The notes beneath the pieces are model-generated. The model had not been told where the DNA came from. It did no database searches and saw nothing but the letters and a program-made list of their open reading frames with translations. DNA of 64,000 nt from Antedon mediterranea. Taxonomy: Eukaryota; Animalia; Echinodermata. The translations under genes and the position numbers were made by a program. Below are positions 38,101 to 49,944 of the stretch, in pieces (the stretch's first letter is position 1; each line of letters opens with the position of its first letter). Where the stretch lies: contig NC_092674.1 of assembly GCF_964355755.1 (NCBI RefSeq), positions 2,542,001-2,606,000 of the forward strand, in the 5' to 3' direction.

Positions 38101-41100
38101 TATGTACTTAAAAGTTATGGTACTCAAAAGTTATAGTACTTAAAAGTTATAGTACTCAAAAGTTATAGTACTTAAAAATTATAGTACTTAAAAGTTATAG
38201 TAGGCCTACTTAAAAGTTATAGCACTTAAAAGTTTTAGTATTAAAAGTTATAGTACTCGAAAGTTATAGTACGTAAAAGTTATAGTACTTAAAAGTTATA
38301 GTACTTAAAAGTTATAGTACTCAAAAGTTATAGTACTTAAAAGTTATAGTACTTAAAAGTTATAGTACTTAAAAGTTATAGTACTTAAATGTTATAGTAC
38401 TTAAAAGTTATAGTGCTTAAAAGTTATAGTACTTAAAAGTTATAGTACTCAAAAGTTATAGTACTTAAAAGTTATAGTACTTAAAAGTTATAGTACTTAA
38501 AAGTTATAGTACTTAAAAGTTATAGTACTTAAAAGTTATAGTACGTAAAAGTTATAGTACTTAAAAGTTATGGTACTCAAAAGTTATAGTACTCAAAAAA
38601 GTTATAGTACTTAAAAGTTATAGTACTTAAAAGTTATAGTACTTAAAAGTAATAGTACTTAAAAGTTATAGTACTCAAAAGTTATAATACTTAAAAGTTA
38701 TAATACTTAAAAGTTATAGTACTTAAAAGTTATAGTACTTAAAAGTTATAGTACTCAAAAGTTATAGTACTTAAAAATTATAGTACTTAAAAGTTATAGT
38801 AGGCCTACTTAAAAGTTATAGCACTTAAAAGTTTTAGTATTAAAAGTTATAGTACTCGAAAGTTATAGTACTTAAAAGTAATAGTACTTAAAAGTTATAG
38901 TACTCAAAAGTTATAATACTTAAAAGTTATAATACTTAAAAGTTATGGTACTCAAAAGTTATAGTACTTAAAAGTTATAGTACTCAAAAGTTATAGTACT
39001 TAAAAATTATAGTACTTAAAAGTTATAGTAGGCCTACTTAAAAGTTATAGCACTTAAAAGTTTTAGTATTAAAAGTTATAGTACTCGAAAGTTATAGTAC
39101 GTAAAAGTTATAGTACTTAAAAGTTATAGTACTTAAAAGTTATAGTACTTAAAAGTTATAGTACTTAAAAGTTATAGTACTTAAAAGTTATAGTACTCAA
39201 AAGTTATAGTACTCAAAAGTTATAATACTTAAAAGTTATAGTACTTAAAAGTTATAGTACTCAAAAGTTATAGTACTCAAAAGTTATAGTACTCAAAAGT
39301 TATAGTACTTAAAAGTTATAATACTTAAAAGTTATAGTACTTAAAAGTTATAATACTTAAAAGTTATAGTACTTAAAAGTTATAGTACTTAAAAGTTATT
39401 CATTCATTCTTTCTTGGAGATCCAAGAAACATTTATTATATATGGCCTTTGGCCCAAATAATATACAATGTAATACATGTTAAATAAATATCATTGAGTG
39501 CGTTTAAAAATTCTGTTCTACGTTTAAATGAAAAAAATAAATATTTTCCAAGTTTAACAATAAGATCAGTATTCGTGGCAGACATAAGATAAATATATTT
39601 TAATTTAGTTGGGTTGTTTGTATAAAAGGAAAACATATATTTAGTTCTAATATCTGAATAAAATGGACAAACTAAAGTGAAATGATATTCATCTTCAATT
39701 GATTGTAAAGCACATAATTTGCATAATCTTTCATTTCTATTTATACAATTCCATCTTCCTTTTTCAATTTCTAATTCTAAAATTCCTAGTCGTATCTTAG
39801 TCATAATTTGTCTATGTTTGTAATTTGTTACTTTTGTTAGATATTCTTCAATCCCAAACTTATATTTAACGTGCTTGTAATATTGGAGCTTAGAGTGTAG
39901 CCTAGTATCTTCGTAGAATTTCTGTCGTTCAATGTCTGTAAGCCTTTGTTTAAAATTTGAAATAAAAGTATATATATTATTAACCTGTTGTGAGTACCAT
40001 ATGTTACCAAATCCATTTACGCATAGTATTTGTTTTACGTCATTGGCCCAACATTGCTCATTTCTTTGAGCTTTTCTATATTGAAAATCATAACATTGTT
40101 TAATAAATTTGTCATTATCCATTTGGATTACTCTAAGCCAATAACGAATTATATTAATGATAACTTGAATTTGGATAGTGAATCTTCCACATTCTCCTCT
40201 CACTGCAACACTTGGTGCAGAATTACCTATTCCTAGAATGTATTTACAGAATCTTAGATGAACTTTCTCTAATACTGATATATCATTTAAACCCCATATT
40301 TCGCTACCATAAAGTAAGATTGGCATAATCTTAACATCAAATATATGGTTCCATATATTAACTTGGAGGTTACCAAAACGTCTATGGGTCAATCCTTTTA
40401 ATGTGAACAAAGCCTTATTAGCTTGTTGACAATTGTATTCTTTGGCTTTATTCCAATTACCATTTGAGTTGAAAACAACTCCTAAATATTTAAAGGATTT
40501 GACAATGTCAACTGTATTTCCATTGTAATTCCATTTTTCAAATTTGTTAAGATTACCACCACTCTTAAACACCATAATATTACTCTTGTTAACATTGACA
40601 GTTACTTCCCATCTTGTACAATAGGTAGATAACTTGTTTAAATAATATTGTAGACCATAAACGGTATCACCAAATAACATAAGGTCATCTGCATAGAGTA
40701 AATGATTAATTTTTGGATTTCCTATTTGGATTCTATGCTCGTCGCCTTCCTCATTTAATGTTTCACTCAAATCATTAATAAAAACATTAAATAAAAAGGA
40801 CGAGAGTGGCGAACCCTGTTGTATACCTATTAGACATTTGAAAGAATTACTAATATTGCCGTCGACCTTAACATGTGCTGATAACTTATTGTACATTGAA
40901 TTAATAACGTTTAACATTTTTCCTTTTACTCCAGAAATTTTTAATTTTATGTGAAGGTTTTGATGTCCTACGGAGTCAAAGGCTCGTTTAAAATCAATGA
41001 AAGCAACATATACTTTCCCACGTTTTTTTCCTAGGTATTTATTAATGATTGTGTTAAGAATAAATACATTATCCGATGTTCTGAACCCCTTTCTAAAACC

Positions 41101-44100
41101 GGCTTGTTCCTGATGTAGAATGTTATTGTCTTCTGCCCAAAATTGTAATCTTTTATTGATAATATGTAAGAAAATGTTAGCAAAAACAGGAATAAGTGAT
41201 ATTCCTCTATAATTCTCTGGTTGTTCTTTGTCACCTTTTTTAAATATTGGGACAATAAGGCTGGTTGCCCATTGCTGTGGAAACTGTCCTGTATTATAAA
41301 TTATATTATATAATTTTGTTATTAGATTGATTACATTTTGAGATGAGTGTATAAAAAGTTCTGGTAATAATCCATCGATTCCAGGTGATTTACCTGTTTT
41401 TTGGGATTTAATGGCATGAATTACCTCATATACTGTAATGTCATTATTTAGGTTAGGTTCGTTTTCATTTACAGCAGGTTCATCATTAATGATACTTTCT
41501 ACATTTTGATTATCTCTATTTTCATCAATATGAAATAAGGATTCGAAATGAGTGCGCCATGTATTAATACATATGTTACTTGGAAAATTTGGTTTTGTTT
41601 GTTTTAGTTTAATCCAGAATGATTTGGAGTTTTTTTCTCCTAATGATCTAATCAATTCTGTACGTGATCTTTTAATATAGCTGTATTTCTTATTTTTTAT
41701 TAATGTTTTATATTCTTTTTTTATTTCCAGGTATGCATTAAGCAATGTTTGTGTACGATTGTGTCGGAATCTATTTAAATTTCTTCGAACTTTGTTTTTA
41801 AGTGCAAGACATTGATTGTCATACCATGTGTCTTTAGCTTTAGTTGTTTTATTGTTGGAATTCCTATGGATAATTCCTTTACATGCATATTCATACAATC
41901 TACTTACAGTTGAAACTTAAAAGTTATAGTACTTAAACGTTATAGTACTTAAAAGTTATAGTACTTAAAAGTTATAGTACTTAAAGGTTATAGTACTTAA
42001 AAGTTATAGTACTTAAAAGTTATAGTACTTAAAAGTTATAGTACTCAAAAGTTATAGTACTCAAAAGTTATAGTACTCAAAGTTATAGTACTCAAAAGTT
42101 ATAGTACTTAAAAGTTATAGTACTTAAAAGTTATAGTACTTAAAAGTTATAGTACTTAAAAGTTATAGTACTTAAAAGTTATAGTACTCAAAGTTATAGT
42201 ACTCAAAAGTTATAGTACTCAAAAGTTATAGTACTCAAAAGTTATAGTACTCAAAAGTTATAGTACTTAAAAGTTATAGTACTTAAAAGTTATAGTACTT
42301 AAAAGTTATAGTACTTAAAAGTTATAGTACTTAAAAGTTATAGTACTTAAAAGTTAAAAAAAAACAAGTAAACAGGCAACTATATATATTTTGCGTTTGT
42401 CTTTATAAAGTGTTTATAATATTATAGTTTGCTAGTTTGGCATCGGGAGAAGTTGAAGTAGTTCTCAGCGCCTCAAATGGCGGACGTCCGTCGTTTCGTA
42501 ACGGCAGGTAAGGCTATCCGTTTGTTTAAGCTTTGTTCGCATGACGTAAGCGCAGCAAGTAATTTGACCAATCACAGGCGATGGATTATTTGAACTGTCG
42601 CTTGTCATTTGTCTACTTGCTTGCACTTACGTCCTTGATTCGGGTTCTAGTGGGAAAGACGTTGGTTCTAACGCAAGGTAACACAATACGTAACGTATAC
42701 ATAAAATAATTTGTTTCATAGCGTGCGAAAGTGAATACTTACGTCGATTTAGTAAGTGCGTGCGTGCATCTATATCTTGCAGTATGGCAAACTATTAAAA
42801 TAATATCATTTTTCAAAAACATTTTATGCTAATTAACTTGTATTTTGATTGTATTCAGTATATTTAGATCGATTGAGGTTCCCAAACTGACAAGCAGTAA
42901 AGTATCCAAACTTACTACCATTTTGGTAAGAGATCTTGGCGATAATTCAACAACGTAAGTATTCTTATTGCAGTCTAATTCAGAACTCTGATCTACCCAA
43001 TCTTCTCTTGTTTTAAACATGAACTCGAACGATTCTCATGCCTCTATCAGTCCTGTCAACACCTGAAATGTATCGCTGTGGGTGGTGGTTTAAGCTTGGT
43101 TTTTCCCACTAGAAGTAGAACGTAACAACACAAGGACGTAAATGCAACGCAAGCGTGTTAAAGCGTGGTTCCAACTAGCGACGCAACGCAAGGACGTAAC
43201 GTAACGCAAGTGAATTGACCAATCACAAGCGATGGCTTATCCGCTTGTGATTGCTAACTGTCTATAACTTCGCTTGTCATTGGTTAAAACGCTTGCGTTG
43301 CGTTTACGTCCTTGCGTTACGTTCTAGTGGGAACCAAGCTTTACCAAGCGACACGCAAGGACGTAAACGCAACGCAGGCGAGTTGACCAATGACAAGCGA
43401 CATTTCGAGCAATCCATCGCTTCTGATTGGTCAACTTATTTGCGTTGCGTCGCTAGTGGGAATCAAGCTGCTTAACAGTGTTTGTAGTAGAATGCTTCTC
43501 ATCGTAATCGCTTTTCAATAATTACCATTCATTTATCAAGAATTCTCTCTATGTATATTTAACTAAAGGAGTGAACACTGCGGAGCTGGCTCACTTTTGG
43601 AATTAAAGAATATTATGCACGAGAAAAATATCACTTTCTCTTGCGAAGAAAATCCAAAGTAAGTCATACGTTTTCTTTTCTTTTTTGTCAAACTAGTTTG
43701 ATAGTGTAGACAGAGCTTAACATAAATTTCCCGCCATCACCCGTCTAATTCCGTCCAATTTTCTTTTCAGTCGAATCAGAGCGATTCAGTGTGCAACAAA
43801 CCCACGAGCGAAGGAATGCATTGATCTTTTTAATTCAGGTAAAATCGTATCTGCGTCATTCACGCATTTATTTTTAATCCGTAATATTAGGCGAGGCAAG
43901 AGTAAAATGTCACTCTTCCCTTGTAATATTGTCACATCGGTGTTGCCTTGATGCTTTTTGTAACAAATCTCTACTTAAATACAGGGAATCTATTGTGTTT
44001 TAAATCGATTTCATATCGATTGGCGCGCGCATAGCCGTATGAAGCGTCGTGAAAACGAAACATTCATGTTTGATTTTGTTTGCCGGTGCTGGACCGGTAC

Positions 44101-45591
44101 CGTACCGGCGGAAGCGGCGTGAAAGACCAGGAAAAGTTAGTCCTCTTTTCTAGAATACAGGGTGAGGCCATGAGTTTTAGAAGCTGATTACCCTCTAATC
44201 TACGGGTTGAACAGAAATGTTTTTGTCCGAATAGAATCAATTAGTGTCACATAATTGTATTTTGTCGACAAAATGTGCAATGTCTCGAACGGCGCCCCGT
44301 AACCGCACCCCGTAACCGCACCCCGTACTAATTATGCCTGTCAAATGCGCCAATAATTGATATTCATTATCATTTTTTCCAACACTGATAGATAAAGAAC
44401 CATGCTCGAGTTATACAGCCTTCATTGTGGTGATTGTGATTCTAGTTGTCATTATCATTGTGGTGTTTCTGTTGTCCTTGTATTACTTTTGTGTGTACAA
44501 GCACACAAAGGATCAGGTGAGAGAACAAAACAATTACACACATTATAATGTTGTAATCAGTCGGCGATTTTAGTGTTTTTTTAAAAGTAAAAATATCTAT
44601 ATATATATATATATATAGTTGATAATATTAGTGAGCATGTATGTGGACATTCATTGTAATAAAACATGGGTTGATGGTACGTGCTCGTTAACTGTAGTTT
44701 AACTGGTGTAGTGATATCTTATGATGTATTTTTGTCATTTATTATTCTTGTATTTAGAGTGCCAAGGCTAAACTCACTGTATGTTGTAATGCATGATGTC
44801 ACGGGGCTATGTCAGGTAGAGCTTCTATTGCAATCCTATATATAATATTTTGGTTTTGTTTTTTCTTCATAGGCCTACGCGCGCGTTCGAAAGCCGATGA
44901 AAGGCTACTTTCGTACGTGCGCGTTCGAAAGATGATGAAAGTTTAATTTAGTACGTGCGCGTTTGAAAGCTGATGAAGTTTATTAGTACGCGCGCGTTCG
45001 AAAGCTAATGAAAGTCTACTTTCGTACGTGCGCGTTCGAAAGCTAATGAAGTTTACTAGTATGCGCGCCTTCGAAAGCTGATGAAAGTCTACTTTCGCAC
45101 GTGCGCGTTCAAAAGCTGATAAAGTTTATAAGTACGCGCGCGTTCGTAAGGTAATGAAAGTCTACTTTCGTACGTGCGCGTTCGAAAGATGATGAAAGTT
45201 GAATTTAGTACGTGCGCGTTCGAAAGCTGAAGAACATTTGATTAGTACGTACGCGTTTAAAAACTATACGCACGCGTCAAATTTTCGTTTAGCCGCTGAC
45301 AACAATCTGTTCTGATATATTACATCATTCTCAATAGCGTCATTTGCATGTTTCTATCACGGTAATCATATCAATAATGCATGAATATAATACTTAATAG
45401 GAAAATATTTGAGATAGTTATCACATCCTGTAATAGTCTAGAAAATAGAAACCATAGAAATGGCTGTGTGATCATATTTAAATTTATTCTTTCAGAAATA
45501 CAAAACGTTTACATCCGATAAAAAATCTGAGAATAGAGCATCTCAAAGTATGGATGTCCCTATACCCATGGATGATATCGTGCAGGTTTAA
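35165..45591 (+). CDS. ADP-ribosyl cyclase / cADPR hydrolase (CD38/BST1 family) with signal peptide, C-terminal TM helix and cytoplasmic tail
   Basis: Phase-consistent exons 35165-35358, 36445-36571, 37473-37685, 42428-42507, 42859-42954, 43569-43658, 43771-43838, 44392-44516, 45496-45591. Motifs: GTTPN..LIEGRCFEY, LLWSG, TLEDSL (family signature TLEDTL), FCG, FWPKAS..FA, SIFRSIEVP (catalytic Glu), CGAGSL, FSCEENP, QCATNP..EC. Confidence 0.92.
35630..36080. repeat. C-rich degenerate repeat of CCATCCGT(C) units, intronic
   Basis: Directly visible; strong C/G strand skew. Confidence 0.9.
36140..36415 (-). mobile_element. tRNA-derived SINE-like element (family 1)
   Basis: Minus strand TGGCTTGGTGG (A box) ... 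GGTTCAAGTCC (B box); homologous to 428-665. Confidence 0.7.
36603..36719. mobile_element. Harbinger-like MITE family A
   Basis: Family TIRs with TTA TSD on both sides. Confidence 0.78.
36815..37162. mobile_element. TTAA-flanked MITE (Kolobok/Crypton-like termini)
   Basis: TTAAAGATGTATTGTCCCCC...GGGGGACTATACATTTTTAA; a related partial copy lies at ~29845-30100. Confidence 0.6.
38100..39399. repeat. 16-bp satellite AAAAGTTATAGTACT(T/C), left block
   Basis: About 80 units in an ADP-ribosyl cyclase intron. Confidence 0.97.
39400..41914 (-). mobile_element. 5'-truncated non-LTR retrotransposon (LINE, RTE-X-like) with an uninterrupted RT reading frame at 39436-41898
   Basis: RT motifs KSPGIDG, NYRGISL, QAGFR, FIDFKRAFDSV, GIQQGSPLS, YADD, FKYLG; C-terminal CKLC..EDEYHF..CP zinc motif; AATAAA and a (GAAT)n tail; endonuclease domain absent. 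The clade assignment is tentative. Confidence 0.93.
41915..42356. repeat. 16-bp satellite, right block
   Basis: Same unit as 38100-39399, resuming after the LINE. Confidence 0.97.
43093..43468. mobile_element. MITE family B: a full copy (43162-43340) nested within an older copy of the same family
   Basis: Outer ends AGCTTGGTTTTTCCCACTAG / CTAGTGGGAATCAAGCT; inner ends AGCGTGGTTCCAACTAG / CTAGTGGGAACCAAGCT. Confidence 0.7.
44874..45275. repeat. CpG-rich ~35-bp tandem repeat (GTACG(C/T)GCGCGTTCGAAAGCTGATGAAAGT...), about 11 units
   Basis: Directly visible; alternating unit variants. Confidence 0.9.
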
Positions 45592-45646
45592 CTAAATCAT
45601 TGCATGATGAGATGAGAAAATCTGCGAGACTCCTCCTCAATCAATA

Positions 45647-46246
45647 GGGTTGGTGAACATCAGTCCAAAATACGCAGAATTTTTTCCAAAATACGTCAAG
45701 TTGAGGGCGCTATACTAATCCAAAATACGCGAGTCTTTCCAAAATACGTCAAGTTGAGGGCGCTTTTCATTTTCCAAAATACGCGAATTGTCCAAAATAC
45801 GTCAACTTGAGGGTGCTATTCATTTTTAAAGACAAGGTAGCTAAAGCAAAAACATCCTCAAGTAGTATTATCTAGGTAAAAAGAATGTTTAGACATTGTG
45901 TCGGGCCAATTTAGAGCGTTTACTTTTCATAAAAATTTAAGATAATTATTATAGTTCTATTTGAGTATCATAATAATGTTACATTTTAGCATCACAGGCA
46001 TAGAATAACTCAAAACCGCCCGGTGATATACTGAAATTTAATTAATTAATCTGAAACGATAACGATGAGGAAATCTGTGAGAATGAGAAAAAGTCATTAG
46101 ACCACTGGGGCTTTCATTGGATTAGTTCAAACCCGATTGGATAGCGACTCTTTATATTATCGGCGTTGTACGGCGGAAAAGCACTAGTCCCTTAATTGTA
46201 CGCACGCGCACCAGGATCAAATTGATACGCCCTCATCTTATATATA

Positions 46247-46301
<55 letters not shown>

Positions 46302-47411
46302 TTCGAAAAATAACTCCAAACTAGTCACCTCATTTTTCCCCTTCTCGTATTAATCATTTCATTTCAGGTATTTTTTAACAATAAAACACCCTAAAGTAAA
46401 TGTAATCATATGTATATAATATACATATATATATATATATATATATATTTTGCCGTTTTTGCGTAAAAAACAATTACTTACTACTTATATAACCAAATAT
46501 TAATATTATTTGAAAAGTTTTAACAATAATGGTTTTTAATTATTACTTACTTTTCATAAGGATTGAAGATGATATTATAGTTCAGTTTGAGGATTTAACT
46601 ATGGGTATTTTGCCGACGTTTTCGTGTAAAAAATAATTACTTTACTTTTTCCAACCAATTATTGATATTATTTTAATTACAATACCATATGCTTTTTAAT
46701 TATATAAAATATGAAATAACTATTATGTTAAGTTTTCAGATTAGGTAACTTGTATTAGACCATAAGTACATTAAATTGAAAGCGATGTTGGTCTGTCGAG
46801 CTCGGGAAATATATCAATTTTGTAGATCACCAAATATATAACACATACCTATGACTATACTTGTACATGCTGTTTTTGTAGCCGGTTTATGCCTCATTTA
46901 AACAAGCTACGTCTGGCAATGAAATCGTACATCGTTCAGACATTATTAATGTATATTATAGGCACTGTCTATTGACTGATGTTAGCACATATTTGTTTTT
47001 ATTCAGTAATAAATAATAATTGGCTACTCTATGGCATTTTATTTACAAAAAAATCTGCCTTCCAATAATTTCATTTATAACTAAAATGTCCTTGTTTGTT
47101 TTAGTCTAAGAAACTTTTTTTTAATACATTAAACTCTCAATATGATATGGTATTTTGGAAGAAAGTTGACGTATTTTGGAAAATTACTAGCAGTCTCAAA
47201 TTGACGTATTTTGGACAAATCGCGTATTTTGGAAAATGAATAGCGCCCTCAATTTGACGTATTTTGGACAATCACGTATTTTGGAAAATGAAAAGCGCCC
47301 TCAAGTCGACGTATTTTGGAAAGACTCGCGTATTTTGGATTAGTATAGCGCCCTCAACTTGACGTATTTTGGAAAAAATTCTGCGTATTTTGGACTGATG
47401 TTCACCAACCC
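45647..47411. mobile_element. Non-autonomous foldback element with ~200-bp TIRs built from subterminal repeats
   Basis: GGGTTGGTGAACATCAGTCCAAAATACG... / ...CGTATTTTGGACTGATGTTCACCAACCC; repeated CCAAAATACGTCAAGTTGAGGGCGC; internal (TA)n tracts. Confidence 0.87.
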
Positions 47412-47439
47412 GACTCTCCTCAATTGAAACTTGAATTTC

Positions 47440-47780
47440 AAGTGAAGAGCTAGAAATTGAAAAGGGCAGATGGGAGGGTGTAGAAAGATATAAGAGAACG
47501 TGTAAATTATGTAAAAAGAACATTGTTGAGGATGAATATCATTTTATTTTGCAATGCACATTTTACAATGATTTAAGAAAAAGTTTTATTCCAAGATTTA
47601 TTCGTGTTTTTCCTTCTATTAATAAGCTTTGTTTATTACTTTCCAACACAAATTTTACTTATAATTTAGGAAAATACGTCTACTTTGCTTTTGAAAGAAG
47701 AAACCATTATCTTAAGTTATAGTTAATTTGTATTTGTTTGTATTAGGGCCAAAGGCCAATATACTTTGAACCAATAAATT
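47440..47780 (+). mobile_element. 3' fragment of a LINE related to the 39400-41914 element
   Basis: Translates ELEIEKGRW...CKLCKKNIVEDEYHFILQC..Y...LGKYVYFAFERR; ends with the same GGGCCAAAGGCC motif and AATAAA. Confidence 0.85.
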
Positions 47781-47924
47781 CCCTGAAAAGGGAAAGAAGA
47801 AGTATATTGATTGATCAATCTTACTTCCAACATTATAAAAATAAAATGCCTATAGTTGGGTCACCCACATACACATTTCTGGTGCTAGTTTTCCAAAAAG
47901 TGATGTCTAAATTCTTCGCGGCAA

Positions 47925-48045
47925 ATGACTGTAATTGCACGCGCGACATATGACGTAATTCCGCGCGCAAAAAATGACGTAATTGCACGCGCGACATATG
48001 ACGTAATTGCACGCGCGACATATGACGTAATTGCACGCGCGACAT
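47925..48045. repeat. 24-bp tandem repeat TGACGTAATTGCACGCGCGACATA, ~5 copies
   Basis: Directly visible ~0.5 kb upstream of the LRR gene. Confidence 0.88.
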
Positions 48046-48548
48046 TAACAGTGTTCCACGCGACACCTTTCCAAGTTATTTTTACAAGACATAAGAGAGC
48101 GAGTGTCCCAAACTAAACGAAACAATGTTACGATTTTTTTACTACTTTTTAATACGTTTTTTGACAAATTTTGAATTAAAAAAAATTGAAATCAAAACTC
48201 AGTGTCTTTGAGTTTAATATTGAAGAAAACACATAAGGCTTACGTTGCTTCACTGTGAAAAACCAATTATGGTATTTATATGGACGAAAATAATGAATTA
48301 CTTTTATTATAATGTTTCATTACAAGATAAGCTTAATGTATGCTAGAATGACACGATCGAGGAAGTACTGTATAGATAATTATTATACGATGATGACATC
48401 AAAAGATACAAAGGGTAACTAACTTTTGGTTTCTGTAATACTTTGTGCATTACTTCCTGCTCGTCTTTATACTGTCGTACAATACAAGAAAGCAAAACAT
48501 TTCATCGCTTTCAATCAATGTTATATTCAGGACGAAGTTGGCAGCAAA

Positions 48549-49944
48549 ATGCACGACGCTAGAGGAAACTATTTGAGAATATTATCCGTCGTGACTTGGT
48601 CTTCTGCCGCCATGTTTGTTTGGGGTTGCGACTACACCACCAACCCATGTGCAGACGATCGGTTGAATGAAATCTGCTTCAACTGTACGCGTTTTGCTGC
48701 TGATTGCACTGAAGATATATTTTATAATATGACACTTTTACCGTGCTATCTAAAAAACATGACTGTGGCAAAACGTAAATTGAGCAGGTTAGATAAAGAC
48801 TCATTCCAGCAAGTCGCCATGTTGAAGATTTTGAATTTAGGAGGAAATAGTCTGGATACAGGGAAGATAGATAAATACGCGTTTAGGGGACTTGAGTATT
48901 TGGAACACCTAACTCTTAATCGCAACCAACAAATATTCCGCTTAAATATGGACTGGTTTGAAGACCTGAAATCTCTGACATTTTTTGATGCGCACGGCTG
49001 CACAATAAATTCAATTCATGAATCTATATTTAATAGTACACGAAACTTGCAGCACATTGATCTTTCCCAAAATAAAATCAATTTCTTAGACAAAGACGTG
49101 TTTAAAGATTTAAAAAACCTGACAATCCTAAATTTAGATGGTAACTCGGTGTCCAGTCTTGCCGATAACGCATTTATTGGATCATTTATGTCTATTAACG
49201 GGGAATACAATGTGATCAGTTTTCGCTTCAATAAATTCAAAACCTGGAATGAGACGATTGGGATTCAACATTTACAAGAGTTGAATAAATTTAATTTGTA
49301 CGGGAACCCTATTGCTTGTAACTGTGAAATACGTTGGTTTCACACATGGCTACAGACCGCAAACGTGAGCGTAAACGCGTCATGCGCGACGACGTCATCA
49401 GGCGCTCATTCGACACCAGTTCAAGATTTTGATGTAGGTAGTTTACACTGCTCAATTCAAGCATGGATTGTGGTAGTGGCGTCAGTGTCCTCTGTTCTTG
49501 TCGTACTTCTGTTCGTTGCAATCATGTACCGCTTAAACATAAGGTAAGTGTACAAGTTAAAGTCGCACCAATATTTATCGCAAATAGCTTGAATTCGCGA
49601 GGAAGGTCACTCCACAAAGCATGATGGGAAGAGTTATTGGAACAAACGTCACAACGCGTACGTACGTGATTTGTTGTTTGTACGTACGTACGCGTCGTGA
49701 CGTTTGCTCCCAAACTCTTCTATTATGAGTCGCGCACGCTATTTGCGATAAACCTTATGCATGAAAAGACTCGGACGTTTCTGTGGCGTACCAAAATGCA
49801 TACAAACAATATCAGTATAGGCTTACGTGCGCGTTAAGTTTTAATACCTATTAATCAATACCTATCATTCTTTTCTTCTCTAGAAAAATGTATCATAAGT
49901 TCAGTCTCAGGCGGCATTACAAGCAGTTAGAAACAGTCACGTGA
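48549..49944 (+). CDS. Single-pass LRR transmembrane protein (TLR-like ectodomain, no TIR domain)
   Basis: Exon 48549-49543: signal-like N terminus, Cys-rich LRRNT, ~7 LxxLxLxxN repeats, LRRCT (GNPIACNCEIRWF), TM segment WIVVVASVSSVLVVLLFVAIM. Exon 49884-49944 gives the tail RKMYHKFSLRRHYKQLETVT*. Confidence 0.85.
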
